From Balamuthia mandrillaris (Eukaryota): a stretch of DNA of 64,000 nucleotides. The DNA lies in contig JAVKOQ020000067.1 of NCBI GenBank assembly GCA_031835245.2, positions 62,001 through 126,000 on the forward strand, given 5' to 3'. Made by a program: the position numbers and the translations under genes. A model generated the notes under the pieces. The model was not told where the DNA came from and did no database searches. It saw nothing but the letters and a program-made list of their open reading frames with translations. Within the stretch, counting starts at the first letter, position 1, and each line of letters begins with the position of its first letter. This document shows, one piece after another, positions 35,090 through 47,200 of the stretch.

Positions 35090-36826
35090 TCACAAGGAGC
35101 GTTGCAACAAAAGCTGGTCCTGGCCAAACGCGTTCACGAGGAGGCCGACCCGCTTGCTCCTGATCTGGAAGGGGACCCACTGCTCCTCCTCTTTGGCTGC
35201 TGGGCCAGAAGGAGAAGAAGGAGAAGCAGCAAACGTCTGGTGATAGATCTCTTCTCCTGTGGACAGGTCCTTCTCCGCCTCCTCGGTCTTACAGAGCAAC
35301 AGCCAATGCACATCCTCCTCTCCCTCCTTCTTGGCAAACGTGAAGGTGCCGCCTATCATCTTTCTTGTTTGTCTTCCTGTGCTGTTGCGAGAGCCGTGCT
35401 CTGCTTCTGCTTCTGCTTCTGCTTGTTCCATGGAGGGAGGGCTGTTGAAGAAGAGCTGTTGTTGTTCTTTTGGGGATGTCTTCAATGTCTCCTCGATGAG
35501 TTGCCATCTTCCTATTGTTGATGATGCTGTGGTGGTGGAGGAGAGCTGAAGAGCATAGGTCAGACCGGCATTGCGTCGCAGGGCAGCGGCCTGTTCGTCC
35601 GTCAGCAGATAGATGCCTTCCAACTGCCTCCATAAAAGCTTGTCAGCTTCCTCTTCGCCCTCTCTTCTTTCCTCGTTTTGATTGGTTCGAGGACGTGGTT
35701 TTTGCCGTGCTTTGTCGTCTTCAGCGCAACGTTGTGTAAGCTTTCGTTTCCGTTGAGGAGCGGTAGCAAGGGTGGAAGGAGCAGGAGATGAAGTGGCGGC
35801 TTCCGTTGGTGCTGCTTCAAGTTTAGCACGGTCGCTGCCTCGTTGCGTCCGTGTCCGCTTCTTCAGCCTCAACAAAGTTGCTGTGTTTTGGCCGAAATGT
35901 TTCTCTTCGCCAGGTGGGGTCGTGCTGTCGTGTTGTTGTTGCGGCTGAGCAGGAGTTGAAGCAGCAGGAGAAGAAAGGCCACGTTGTTGCGGCTGCCGTC
36001 GTTGCGGTTGTGGTCTTACGGCAATTGGTCTAGTTGTCCGTTCCGGTGCTGCCTTCACAAGCCGACCAGAGGAAAGAACAATGGTGGTGGCGGCACTGCT
36101 TGAGGCCGGCTTAGGTTTGAGCTGTTGTGGTCGCAGTGGTGTTCTACTCTGCGGTTGGCTGTGGCTCTTGGGGTGGGGCTGTTGTTGTTGAAGAAAGAGG
36201 GGAAAAGGAGAAAAACAGTAATCGTTATTGTGTGTTGTGCTGAGTGTCGATGGCTGAAGAGGAGTCTCCGTAGAAGGAAGGCACAAGGGAAGGAAAAGGA
36301 AAGATAAGCAGAGAAAGGGAAAGGGGGTGAGAGAAGCGAAGATTGGAATGAAGAAAAGAAGTTTTTTTTTTGCTGGGTAGAGAAACGGAACAAAGAGGAG
36401 GAGCATCTTCTTGTTATTTGGTCGTTTGCTGTAGAGCAGTGACCACCCCCGCAACAGGAGGCCAAGACGCACATCGCGCGAACGGGTGCGTTCTCTTTTC
36501 AAAATCCCGTTTGAGGCTAAAGATGTATTTCTTTTGTGCACTGCATGGGCTGCTCTTCTCTCCCATCCTATGTGTTCTTCTCCAGCATAGTTTTGTTTCA
36601 AGGACGCATCGCGGAGACAAAGGCCCAAAAAAAAAAGATGAAGGCAGGAAAAAAAAAAGCTTTGCTACACTAGCACCATACTTACGTCGTTGTGGTTGTT
36701 GTTTGGGGCAGCAGTTTGGACGTTGTGGTTGTTGAGCTCGTGACGAAAGCGGCATTGTTGGCCAAACTTGCAAATCCCCTTTTGCCAGAAGGTGCACAAG
36801 GGAACCCTGCCGCCGCTGTGGTCCAT
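35090..36826 (-). CDS. Hypothetical protein with an N-terminal CCCH zinc finger
   Basis: ATG 36826 gives MDHSGGRVPLCTFWQKGICKFGQQCRFRHEL (C-x7-C-x5-C-x3-H), followed by a GTAAGT donor. A long downstream ORF ends at 35090. The internal exon structure is unresolved. Confidence 0.55.
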
Positions 36827-37050
36827 GGAGGCGCTCATCGCTTATTTTGTGTGAGTGTGTGGTTGATCGAGTTTTGATTTGTTTTCTGATTTCTTTTGTT
36901 TTTTTTGTCGGTGAGGTTCTTTTATGTCGACGACTGATTTTCATTTTCATTTTCATACGAATGAACCCTCAGATAATTCAATGACGACACGAGGCGATTG
37001 CTGTCGGCAACAAAAAACATTGGACAATGCTGGCGCGTAACGGTTGGGTC

Positions 37051-37285
37051 TTATTCTTTGTTGTTGTTGGCTTCTTTATGTTTGCCAGCGGCCTCACCTT
37101 CTGACAAAGTGGTCGTACGTTGATGGTGTAGGCAATCCTGCTTCAGAGGGCATTTGCCACATGCAGGCCGTCGGGCTTGACAAATGCTGAAGAAGATAAG
37201 AGGAAAAAAGAAAGCATTCTGCTCATGAGCAAAGCGAACGAGAGAGGGAGGGAGGGAGGGAGAGGGAGGGAGAGGGAGAGGGAGA

Positions 37286-37326
<41 letters not shown>

Positions 37327-38461
37327 GTTCGACCATGAGAAATGAGAAGAACATGAAGGTCGTATTTAAGTTCGTCGGGCATTAGTTCGTTCAAGTGTTG
37401 ATACGTTGCTTCTCGTGTGTAATTATGCTTCACCCATCCTAACCTCTTCGAAACTCTGGCCACGTGTGTGTCCTATGTGTTCGTCTCATGTCAATGAAAG
37501 CAAAGAGAAAACAACAAAGACAAACATTAAAAAGAAGGTCGGGACTTACAACAGGAATGTCATCCCTGCCCAAGGTGAACAGAAGGAGACAAGCGATGGT
37601 CTTGGGTCCCACTCCTTTGAACCTTTGGAGGTAGTCCTTGAGTTCCTCGGTGGGGGCCTCTCTAAGGAACTCCAAACTGGTTTCCCCTCTCTCCTCGTAT
37701 ACCTGCTGCAACAGGTCTTTGATGCGCTGCGATTTAGTCTTGGCCAGACCTCCCTTGTGAATGGCCTCCTCGATGTCTTTGACGTCGCTGCGGCGGACTT
37801 CGTCCATGTCCTTGAAACGGGCTTTGAGGCCCTTGTAGGCCGTCCTGCTGTTGCGATCGGAAGTGTTTTGGGAGAGGATCACACTGACCAGTGCCTCGAG
37901 CACCTTCAAAATAAGAAGTTTGTTAAAACAGATAAGAGAATACAGAAGAAGAGGAAGGAGAAGAGGAAGAAGAACAAGATGAAGAAGAAGGAGAAGAAGA
38001 AGAAGCAGAAGAAGAAGAAGAAGAAGAAGAAGAAGAAGCACAAGAAGAAGAAGAAGAAGAAGAACAAGAAGAAGAAGAGAAGGACGAACGGTTTTCTTGC
38101 GGCCCCCTCTGTTGCCTGCAGTCTTACGGACAGGCTTGCCATGGAGTCCCACCAACAACGGATGGACGCTATGAAAGGCACGAACGGCAGCCTTTCCTTC
38201 AAGACCGTCCCACGCCTGTGGTTGTTCCTCCTTTGCAGGCGAAACAAATTTTGTTCTTTTGGGGCCGCGTCCGTTTGATTCTTTCCGCTCGCAATAGTCC
38301 TCATCGTTGAAGCCGTCGTCGCCACTGCCCTCATCATCACCACCACCACCGCACTCGCTCTTTCTTTTTTCAACGCCCGTATTTTCAACGGGCTCTTCGT
38401 CTTCTTCATACTGGACAACAACAACGGGCTTTCGGCCACGACGCGTCGTGGGTAGGTGCAT
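37051..38461 (-). CDS. HhH-GPD DNA glycosylase (endonuclease III-like) with a 4Fe-4S motif
   Basis: LVSVILSQNTSD, HhH LQRFKGVGPKTIAC, PV/DTHV, and C-terminal CQARRPACGKCPLKQDC (C-x6-C-x2-C-x5-C). Confidence 0.92.
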
Positions 38462-39384
38462 CTTGCTTGTTCCTTTTTGAAGTTTGTTTTAACAACACCC
38501 AAGTTTAGAAGCGGGACACCATCTTTTTGTCTTCCACGCAGAACGCAGAGTGCACAATACACACATGTAAAGCCACCTCCGAAAAAACGTACGTTCCGAC
38601 AGCTCCTACATTGGCGCTGCGTGCCCTACACGAGCTCGTTCTTGACAGGTGTGATAAGTTTCTTTGCCCATTAGATTATTTTCAATCTTCCATCTAAAAG
38701 ACCTTAAATAGATAATACATTCCATAAAAGGTCTACAAAGACCCGGAATTTTACCCCAACAAAAAGTACAAGCAAACAAGAAATGGAGATGTACAACCCC
38801 AAAGCGCAGAGTTGTAGAGAGAGACAAGGAGTTGTAAGAGCACGGAACAGATCAACCCAAAAAGAAACCGGGTTGTATATATTCCGAAGCGAGAGTTGTA
38901 AGAGCAGCCAACCCTACAAGTTGTACTCACAACGTGTTTTCTCCGAACTCGCCACGCCAGACCGTTGGGGGGGCAGGGAGAAAGCGCACAGCTCTTCCCC
39001 TCCCCAAAAGGAGGAGTAGGAAATATTTTTTTTGACATGTGGCTCTCCTTGTCAAACGTTCACCACCCAAAAAATTTTTTTTCTTTGGTGCTTTCAGCAA
39101 AACTCAGGACTTCTCCCTCTCCCTCTCTTCTCTCTCGTCTCTTCTTCCTCTGCAAACGGCTCTCTCTCTCTCTCTCTCTTTTCTTCTCCTCCTTTCCTTC
39201 CTATTCTCTAGTTTTACAACGAACGAACGAACGAACGAACAAGATCCCAAGGCATCCTCATCATACCTCTTCTCCACCTTTGAACAACCACGTGAAAGAG
39301 AACCTCTTTCTCTCATTCACTCCCTCTCTCTCTCTTCCTCCTCCCGCCCTTCAACGCGCATAATATATAAAACCACGCACGACG

Positions 39385-42300
39385 ATGGCTTGGCTCGGGT
39401 GTTGGAGCCACAGCCCCTGCTGGCGGCCGCGACGCTCCTTCTTCCTCTTCCTGAGCCTGGTGGTGGCGCTCTCGTGCTTATCTTCTTCTGCTCTCGTTTC
39501 CGCTCGGCAGCCCTCAGCCTTCCCGCCGGACGGCACCACCAGGGAGTGGAGAAGACAGGACAATGCCTCATCAACAGAGGAAGACGGACAAGAAGAACCT
39601 CCTCCTCCTCCTCCGGATGACAGCGGGGTGGGTTCTGGCAGCGAGCCTCAGAGCGATGCCTCCTCCACGACATCAGAGGTGGAGGGGGAAGGATCAACCT
39701 CAGCGTCCGAGCCAGCTTCAGGGGCAGGATCGGCGTCGGCGTCAGGTTCAGGCTCAGAACCAGAGGTGCCTCCACTGCCGGACAATGTATTTGACCCGCA
39801 GGTGAAAGGAGGACAATGCGTGCCAATAGGTTCGATCAACTCCACCGGCTTTGCCTTTGACTGCAAGCCCTACATTCCCTACAACAACATTTACATGGAC
39901 GACTATTTCGTCCAACGCCAAGGAAACTTGCGGTTCGTTAATGCTTGTTCCTCTTCCTCTCTCTTCCTCTCTTCCTTTCTCTTTCTCTTCTTTTCTCCTC
40001 CTAAATGAAGTTCCTTTCTTGTTGTTGCAGGGTGTTAGCGACGCCTCTTCCCGCAGAGTGTCAGAGGGCAATGGCACAGTGGCTTTGCTTGAATTATTGG
40101 AGGTGAATCCCCATGCGCCCTGGCTCTTCCGTCGTTGTGCTTGTTAGTTTTCTTGTTCACAAAACTCACTTTGTTTATCTTGCTTGTCAGGCAATGCATC
40201 ACGATCACACCAAACACCAAAGGCTTGGCGTCGGATTTGGAAGAGTTGAACGCTTCAGCAAACGTAGAAACAGCGTCAGGTTCTGGTTCGAGGGAAGACT
40301 ATGCGGTCGTTGGAGCTTATTCCTGCAGGAACGTTTGCGAGGAGGCCCGAGAGCAATGCCAACACCACAGCAGAACCAAGTGGCCGTCTCTCTTGAAAGA
40401 ATATCTAGATTGTGACAATACTCACTCCGGTCTGTTCGGCAGACCCAACGTGAAACTCTTTCCGCGACCGCAAGAAAACTACACATATACATTGAAGACA
40501 AAAAACGGACTGGAGTTCAACGCTTCCCTCCCATGTTCCTACGCCAAACAAACTCGTTTGCTTCGTACGTTTCTTTTCTTTCTCTTTGTTGATTGCTTCG
40601 CTTTTCAAAGCGTTCTGATTTAATTCTATTTTCTTTGGTAGCAACATACGATGGACCTTTGGTATGTCCCCTGCCCTTACACAACGAACTGGGTGGCTGC
40701 GTGTTTGGCTGTCCAGAACCATTGCTTACTTCAGAGCAATGGAGTGGCATTACTACCATGATTTCAGTGACTGCTTGGCTCAGCTTTATCCTCATGGCGT
40801 TCCTCACCGTTTCCTACTTGATAGATCCACAGAAACGCCGCTTCCCAAACAATTTGCCATTGTTCTTTTTCTTGTGCATACTTTTCTTTTCTTTTGGCCT
40901 TTGTATATCATGTAACTTCCTCCCTCTTTGTTTTTCCTCTTGTTCTTCTTCTGGTCATTCTTTTCCTAACAAGTCTTTCCTCTCTATCTCTCTGCAGCGC
41001 TGGTCGGCTACAAGGAAGTACTCTGCTCAGACAGTAACAACGCAGCTTACTGGGGTCATGAGACCTGCACCATCCAAGGCATCCTCATCGTTTACTTCAT
41101 GTTTGCTGCGATGAGTTGGTGGCTCCTCATTGCGTTCAATCTCCTGGCTCACCTCATGAGCGCTCGTACTCAATACGAGCTGTCCGTGAAGAAAAGAAAG
41201 ACGGTCATGATGGCAGCTTATCATGGCTTTGCATGGCTGTTCCCTTTGCTTCCGATGATTATCGCGTTGAGTGCTCATCGTATTGGCTCCAATGGAGCTA
41301 CTCTGTGGTGTGGTATTCACTCTGCCTCCTACGAGTCACAAATCCGATTTTTTACCACTCCAAATGGTACCCTTTCTATCTTGTCTCTTCTTTTTCCCGT
41401 TCTTTTCTTATTGTGGCTGGGTTCTGTTGTCTGTCTTTGATGTCTTGGTCTATGTGTTGGATTCCATTTTGTAGTTGCGCCTTCGCCTCATTCTCAAACT
41501 CAAACTGAAAACAGGAGTGGAACACAACAGCGGTGGAGAGCAGAGATACTGGTTCTTCTTTCTATTTCTTACACCGCTCAGCCTAATGGTGGTATTAGGC
41601 ATTGTCATGATAGGTGCTGTCATCGGCTACCAGCTCAAACGTCAGCGTACCATCCAAGACATTTGGCGCTTTTGCCGCAACGAATGGCGCGTAGTCGCAT
41701 TTCTCGGGCTTTATGTTTGGGTCTGCATCTTTTTGGCTTCCTTTGAGATCAGTTTTGTGGTGGAGAGGAGCAACAGGAACGACAACTATCAGGATTATAT
41801 CGACTGCCTTTTGGTGCAACAACAAACAGAGTTGATCGGTGAAGAGGTCACCCCGGCTCCTCCTTCTGCGATAGCGAACAGCTCTGCTGGTATGTCTACC
41901 TTGGCCGATACGGGAGCATGCGTTTTAGACCGAGTGGTAAATCCTATCTTCATTTCTTTTCTCTTTTCTTTTTTGCTTTGCTTCCGAGACTGACGGTCAT
42001 TAGACCAACTTCCCATTATGGGTGATAGCAGCCTTCAACTTTGTGGGACACGGCCTCTTTGTCTTCCTCATCTTTGGTACGACCAAACGTATCTACCTCG
42101 TCTGGTGGCGTGTCATTCGCTGCCGTTCCTTACCTGGCAATACTATCTCTGGTGATGGTGGGGGCAGCTCAATAGCAGCAGCAGCTGCCGTCGCTTTCTC
42201 TTTGGAAGACATCATCGGAGCAGATTATGTTAAAGGAGATGATGAGGAGCTTGGCAAAAGAAGAGCCAACAGCAGTAACAGTGATGAGAACCGAATGAGA

Positions 42301-42720
42301 GGAAATGATGCGGTAAAAGTGAAGCAAGCAGAGTGGATATCGGAGGATCCCTCAGAAATCAAGCCAGCAGCGGCCGCGATCGCTGCTTCCCCCTATTGGG
42401 ACTCCACCTCATACGACGAAGAAGACGTTGAATTCACTTCCACATCAATCTCTTCTTCCTCTTGTTGCTGCTCTTCGGATGAAGAAGACGAAGATCAAGT
42501 CGGGGGTGGTGGGGAACAAACTTTGAAAATGGTCGTAATGGAACAAATTCCTGCGGATAAGCCACAACCCCACCCGCTCAACGAAGAAGGTGACGGAGAA
42601 GAGGATGATATACATGGAGAGAACGGCAAAGAGGATGATGGAGAAGACGAGTCCGAGGAAGAAGAATCTGAAGCAGATGACGAGTCGGAAGAAAACGGTG
42701 ACAAACAACAAAACATATAA
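39385..42720 (+). CDS. Frizzled/Smoothened-like 7TM GPCR (paralog of 2199-4666)
   Basis: Signal peptide, Ser/Pro linker, CRD (CQRAMAQWLCLNYWRQC...CRNVCE), GCPEPL, KRRFPNNLPLFF, CTIQGILIVYF, LWCGIHS, TM7 AFNFVGHGLFVFLIFGT, acidic tail. Confidence 0.88.
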
Positions 42721-42807
42721 ACATTTTTGCTTTTTCTGTATCTATCTTTCTTTCGGCGTGTGCTTCCTGATCCTTCTCTCACATACATCACAAAAAACTG
42801 AGCGTTA

Positions 42808-44123
42808 TCAACAAAAGCGAATGGAGGAATGATCCGACGGAGCGTTGGTGGCGGCAACCAACAAACTGCTCAAGAAAGAGCGGTAGGTGGCGGAGCCAGT
42901 GACCGCTCCCGGCGCCGCCGGGTTCAATCTCGTCGTATACACACGAAAGCCGTTGACGCCTTCCACTTGTATCTGGATGATGTGAGCGTCGCCGCCATGG
43001 GGGTCCGCCACCAAGCGGCCGATGGTTTGGTCAAAGCCCAGATTCTCTGCCGCTAGGGCGGCGCAGGCCATGGTGTTCACGTTTTGTGGTGCCAACGGAC
43101 AGAGCTCGCGCACCGGTCCTTCGTAAAGAATCAACCCTCCGTCATCCTCGTTCTCCTCGTTCTCTTCCAGCGAGTGTGAAAAGTTTTTGGAGTGTCGTTG
43201 CACAGAAGAGGTGGAAGAAGCGGAAGAAGAAGAGGAAGAGGAAGAGGAGGAGGAGAGCAGCTGATCGAGTTTCTGTTGGAGAGGAGGTTCGAGGCGAAGG
43301 CTGGAAGGGTGCTTTCTCATGGTGACGGAGAGAGCGGTGAGGGAGCCGCGTTGAGCCATCTTCTGGATGTCGTGCGCGCCCCAAAAGGCTCCCGCAGGGA
43401 CGTAGAGGTTTGTTTTTCTTCGCCCGCGACTGCGGCTGCGACCCGCGTTGTTGTCGGCAAGTACCTGGCGAAGCTGTCTCTCGAGAATGGGGTCGGCGAG
43501 GACGGTGGGAGAGCCCACAAAGTAGTCGGCGTCGCGGAGGAAGGCTTCCCCGTACTGGAGGCTGATGCTCGGGTGGGCCACCTCCACGATGAGGTCTGCC
43601 TTCTTGCTGGCAAAGTTTTCTGATGGATGTCAACAAACGCTTGTGTGCTCAGTGAAAATAAAAGAGAGGGAAAGGGGATGACGAAGATGGATAGGAAGAG
43701 GAAGAAGAAGAACAAGGAGGAGGAGAAAAAGGAGAAGAAAAAGGAGAACAAGAATAAGGACCAGGACAACAAGATCAAAGCAGAAGAAAGCATACCAAGG
43801 TTATGCAGGATCAAGTGTGGAGGGATGTTGTTGTCCGTGTCCTCAGTGATCTTGCTGACAGTACGGTTCCAAACAAAGGCCAGCTCCACCTCTTGACTGA
43901 TTTTAGGGTCCTGCAGGATGGCGGAGACCAGGTACTGCCCAAGGCTGCCATAGCCCACCACGCCCACCCTCGTCTTCCGTTTCTTCCTGGCCTGGCCGCC
44001 CAGCGGCACTGCCCAGTCCCCTCCGGAGGTGCCCAAGTAATAGCCAAGGCTTGCCCCCACCGCAGCCCCAGCGGCCGCCACCGCAGCCAACAGCGGCAAG
44101 GCTCTCTCTCCTCCTACGCTCAT
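42808..44123 (-). CDS. ASPDH: Aspartate dehydrogenase domain-containing protein
   Basis: Rossmann motif VGVVGYGSLG, then EVAHP, GAFWG, KHPSSL, YEGPVRELCPLAPQNVNTMA, GAVTGSAT. Two exons; hydrophobic N-terminal segment. Confidence 0.88.
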
Positions 44124-44166
44124 CCCTTGTGTGGTTGTTTAGTTTTTTTTTTTGCTACTCGAAAAG

Positions 44167-44232
44167 TCGTGTCGTCCTGGAAAATTTATCATGTCGTCAT
44201 GAGAAATTCTGCATTTATTCGTGACGACATGA
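44167..44232. promoter_or_regulatory. Three copies of the GACGACA-core motif in the ASPDH/SNF2 divergent promoter
   Basis: TCGTGTCGTCCTGG (44167-44180), TCATGTCGTCATGA (44189-44202) and TCGTGACGACATGA (44219-44232) lie within a ~116-bp head-to-head gap. Confidence 0.6.
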
Positions 44233-44239
44233 AAATATT

Positions 44240-47200
44240 ATGCAGCAGCACGGAGAGAAAGAAGTACTTCAAAGGCGGATGCACGAAGTCATAGTGGTGA
44301 GTGATTCGCAGGAGGAGGAAGAGGAGGAAGAGGAAGAAGAGGAGGAGGAAGAAGAGGAGGAGGAGGAGAAAGAAGAAGAAGAAGAGGAAGAGGAAGAGGA
44401 GGAACTGAGCGTTTCCGGTGAAGAGGAAGCAGAAATGGAGGAAGAGGAAGAGGAAGGGTCCGAGGAGGGAGTAGGGACGAGCTTCTATTACACCGGTACG
44501 TTAAAACCCAAACTCTCTTTGGATTCCTTGTTTTTTTTTTTTCATTATTTCAAAGCATTGATCCTTCCTCCTTTGTGCGTTTGGCTGCAGGGTTGAAACA
44601 GTTCCGGCTGCAGTTCCCCACGAAACTTATACTAGCAAAACAGCAAAAAATGAAACGGCGCTGTCTTCACCGCCCTCAACTGAACAGAGAACAAATGATC
44701 ATTTGGCGCAGCGACAGAAAGAAGCTGCTGCAAAAGAAAGCAGAGGAGAGACATTTTCGAGTGGAGCTGCGAGCACGCGCTAGCCGAGGAGCTGCAAGCT
44801 GGAGAAATGAAGAAGAAGAGGAAGAGGAGGAGAAAGAGGAAGAGGAGGAGAGCTTGCCAATGCTTAACAACGGGTTGCTATACTACTATGGTCAGGGCCA
44901 AAGTGCGTTAGCCTTCGATGATGAACTGCCGGTATATCTTGTCTCCTGTTTCCTCTTTTGGTTTTTGGCTGCTGTCGTTATTCATTGTCGTCCACTTGTT
45001 TGCTCTTCCTCGTTGTTGCTCTTATTCTTGTGCTTGTTCTTGTGCTTGTTCTTGTTCTTGTTCTTGTTCTTGTTCTTCTTCTTCTTCTTCTTCTTCTTCT
45101 TCTTCTTCTTCTTCTTCTTTTTCTTCTTCTTCTTCTTCTTCTCCTTCTCCGTCTTCGTCCATATTCTTCAATTTATCTAAACTTGGCTCGTTGTTAACAG
45201 CCATATGGGGAACACGAGCAAGACTACACAGACCTATCCGATAACGAAGAAGTAGAAACGAAGAAGCAACCAGAAGGGCTGCGAAAACGTTCTGAAGGAC
45301 GTAAGTCGCTTACTAAGGATCCAGAACAAGCAGAACAACAAAAGCAAAAACGAAAGGAGCAGAAAGAAAAGAGAGAGCTGGAGAAAGAATTGTTATTGGA
45401 GAAGTTGTCCCAACGCAAAAAAAGAAGGCTTTCTTTCATGAAAGAATTCTTCAACAGCGCATCAACAGACCAAAAGCGAAAACGAGGTGAGCCAGACTCA
45501 ACATCCAATGAGACACTGGACAAATGCATCAACGAAATGAAGAACACGTGGAAACAAGAAAAGTTACTATCACTTCTCGGTGTAATATTTCTTCTCTAAC
45601 AAATGCTTTCTCTTCAGGTTGCCCAAGATAAATCAACTGAAGCTGTGGAAAGCTATCTTTGGAAATAAACACAAGCTAAAAAGATTAAAGGAGCAGTTAG
45701 AACATCTACAACAGGTAAATTGTTCTCTCGCTGCTCTCCTCTCTCTCTCGCTCTCTCGCTCTCTCGCTCTCTCTTTCTCTCTCTCTCTTTCGTTTATCTA
45801 AATGAAAACAACAAAAAACAAAAAAGATTCTCGAAAGCAAAAAGAAAGCCATACTATCGCATAATCCGTCTCCTACCAGTATAATCAAGTTATGTGGTGC
45901 ACTTGAGCTCACTGTATTTGACATTTGTAAGTTAGAACTGCAAATATCTTTGTTCCTTCAAGATAAGGTACGAACAAGTTTTCATTTCCGTTACTTGCTT
46001 TTTTTTTTTGGTGTTCTTGTCTAATAGTACACAATTAAAAGCCACCTACTGCACTACCATCAAGCACGAAACCTTCGCTGACGAAAACAAATGTCAAACA
46101 AAAAGAGGTGTGACGAAGCTCCAACCTTTTGGATAGAAATCATTTGTTATTGCTGTTATTTTAATATCATTTGTTACATGCAGGCGCAACAACTGATGGA
46201 AGAATTACGACAAAGGAAGCTGGATGATGCCTTTATTGACGACTCGGAGCTTTTTGAAGAACAACCTCAAGAATGGGTCGAACAAGAAGTAATTGTAAAT
46301 GAAGTGGAAGATGAAGAAGATGATGACGAAGAAGACGAAGACGACGAAGACGACGAAGACGACGAGGAGAGCGAAGGTGAAGAACAAAAAAGCTTGGAGG
46401 AAGAAGCAGGCTCAACCCATGCAAGACGCCCAAAAAAAGTAACATGTAAGCGGAGGAATGAATGTCAAGAAATTAACAAAAACAAGGGATATGTAAATAA
46501 TGTAGATACACAAGGCAACAACGATAGCGCGGAGCTAGAAGGAAACAATAAGACAGACACAATGAAAGGAAACGATAGCGCGAACATGACCACACCAAAA
46601 CGACAAAGAACAACTTCGAAAGAAGATAAAGAGCAGTGCATATACATCGATTCGGACTCGGAAGAGGCTGATACTGCTGGCATAGCTTTAAGACATTCTG
46701 GAAGCATGGACGAACCTATAGTCCTGGAGGAAGATGACGAAAGGACGCCACAGAGTCCGGCCAATCCTGCTGAGGAAGAAATGACAAAACCGGTTACAGA
46801 ATTTATCATAGAGGATGATAACGATGAAGTTGAAAAAGGAGAAGGCGAAGAAGGCACAAGCGAACAAGACGAAGGAATTCAAGCTGATCGGAAAGCAGAA
46901 CAGAAGAGGAAAGAAGAACCAAAGAAGAAGAGAAAGAGACGGTTGCGAAAAAACAGGAAAAGAAGAGTAAGTGATGATGAACTAGACGAAATTTTGATTA
47001 GTGATGATGAGGAAGGCTCGATTGAAGTAGATGATGGAGACGCAAACGATGACGAAATGGAGATTGTAGCAGGGGAAACGGATGAAACCACATTGCAAGC
47101 CTTTAACCGCAGGTTTGAAGAGATACAAAAAAATCTCTCAGCAGAATCCAAAGCTGCACAACAGAAAGAAAATGAGCGACAGGAATGCATTCGAGAAAAA

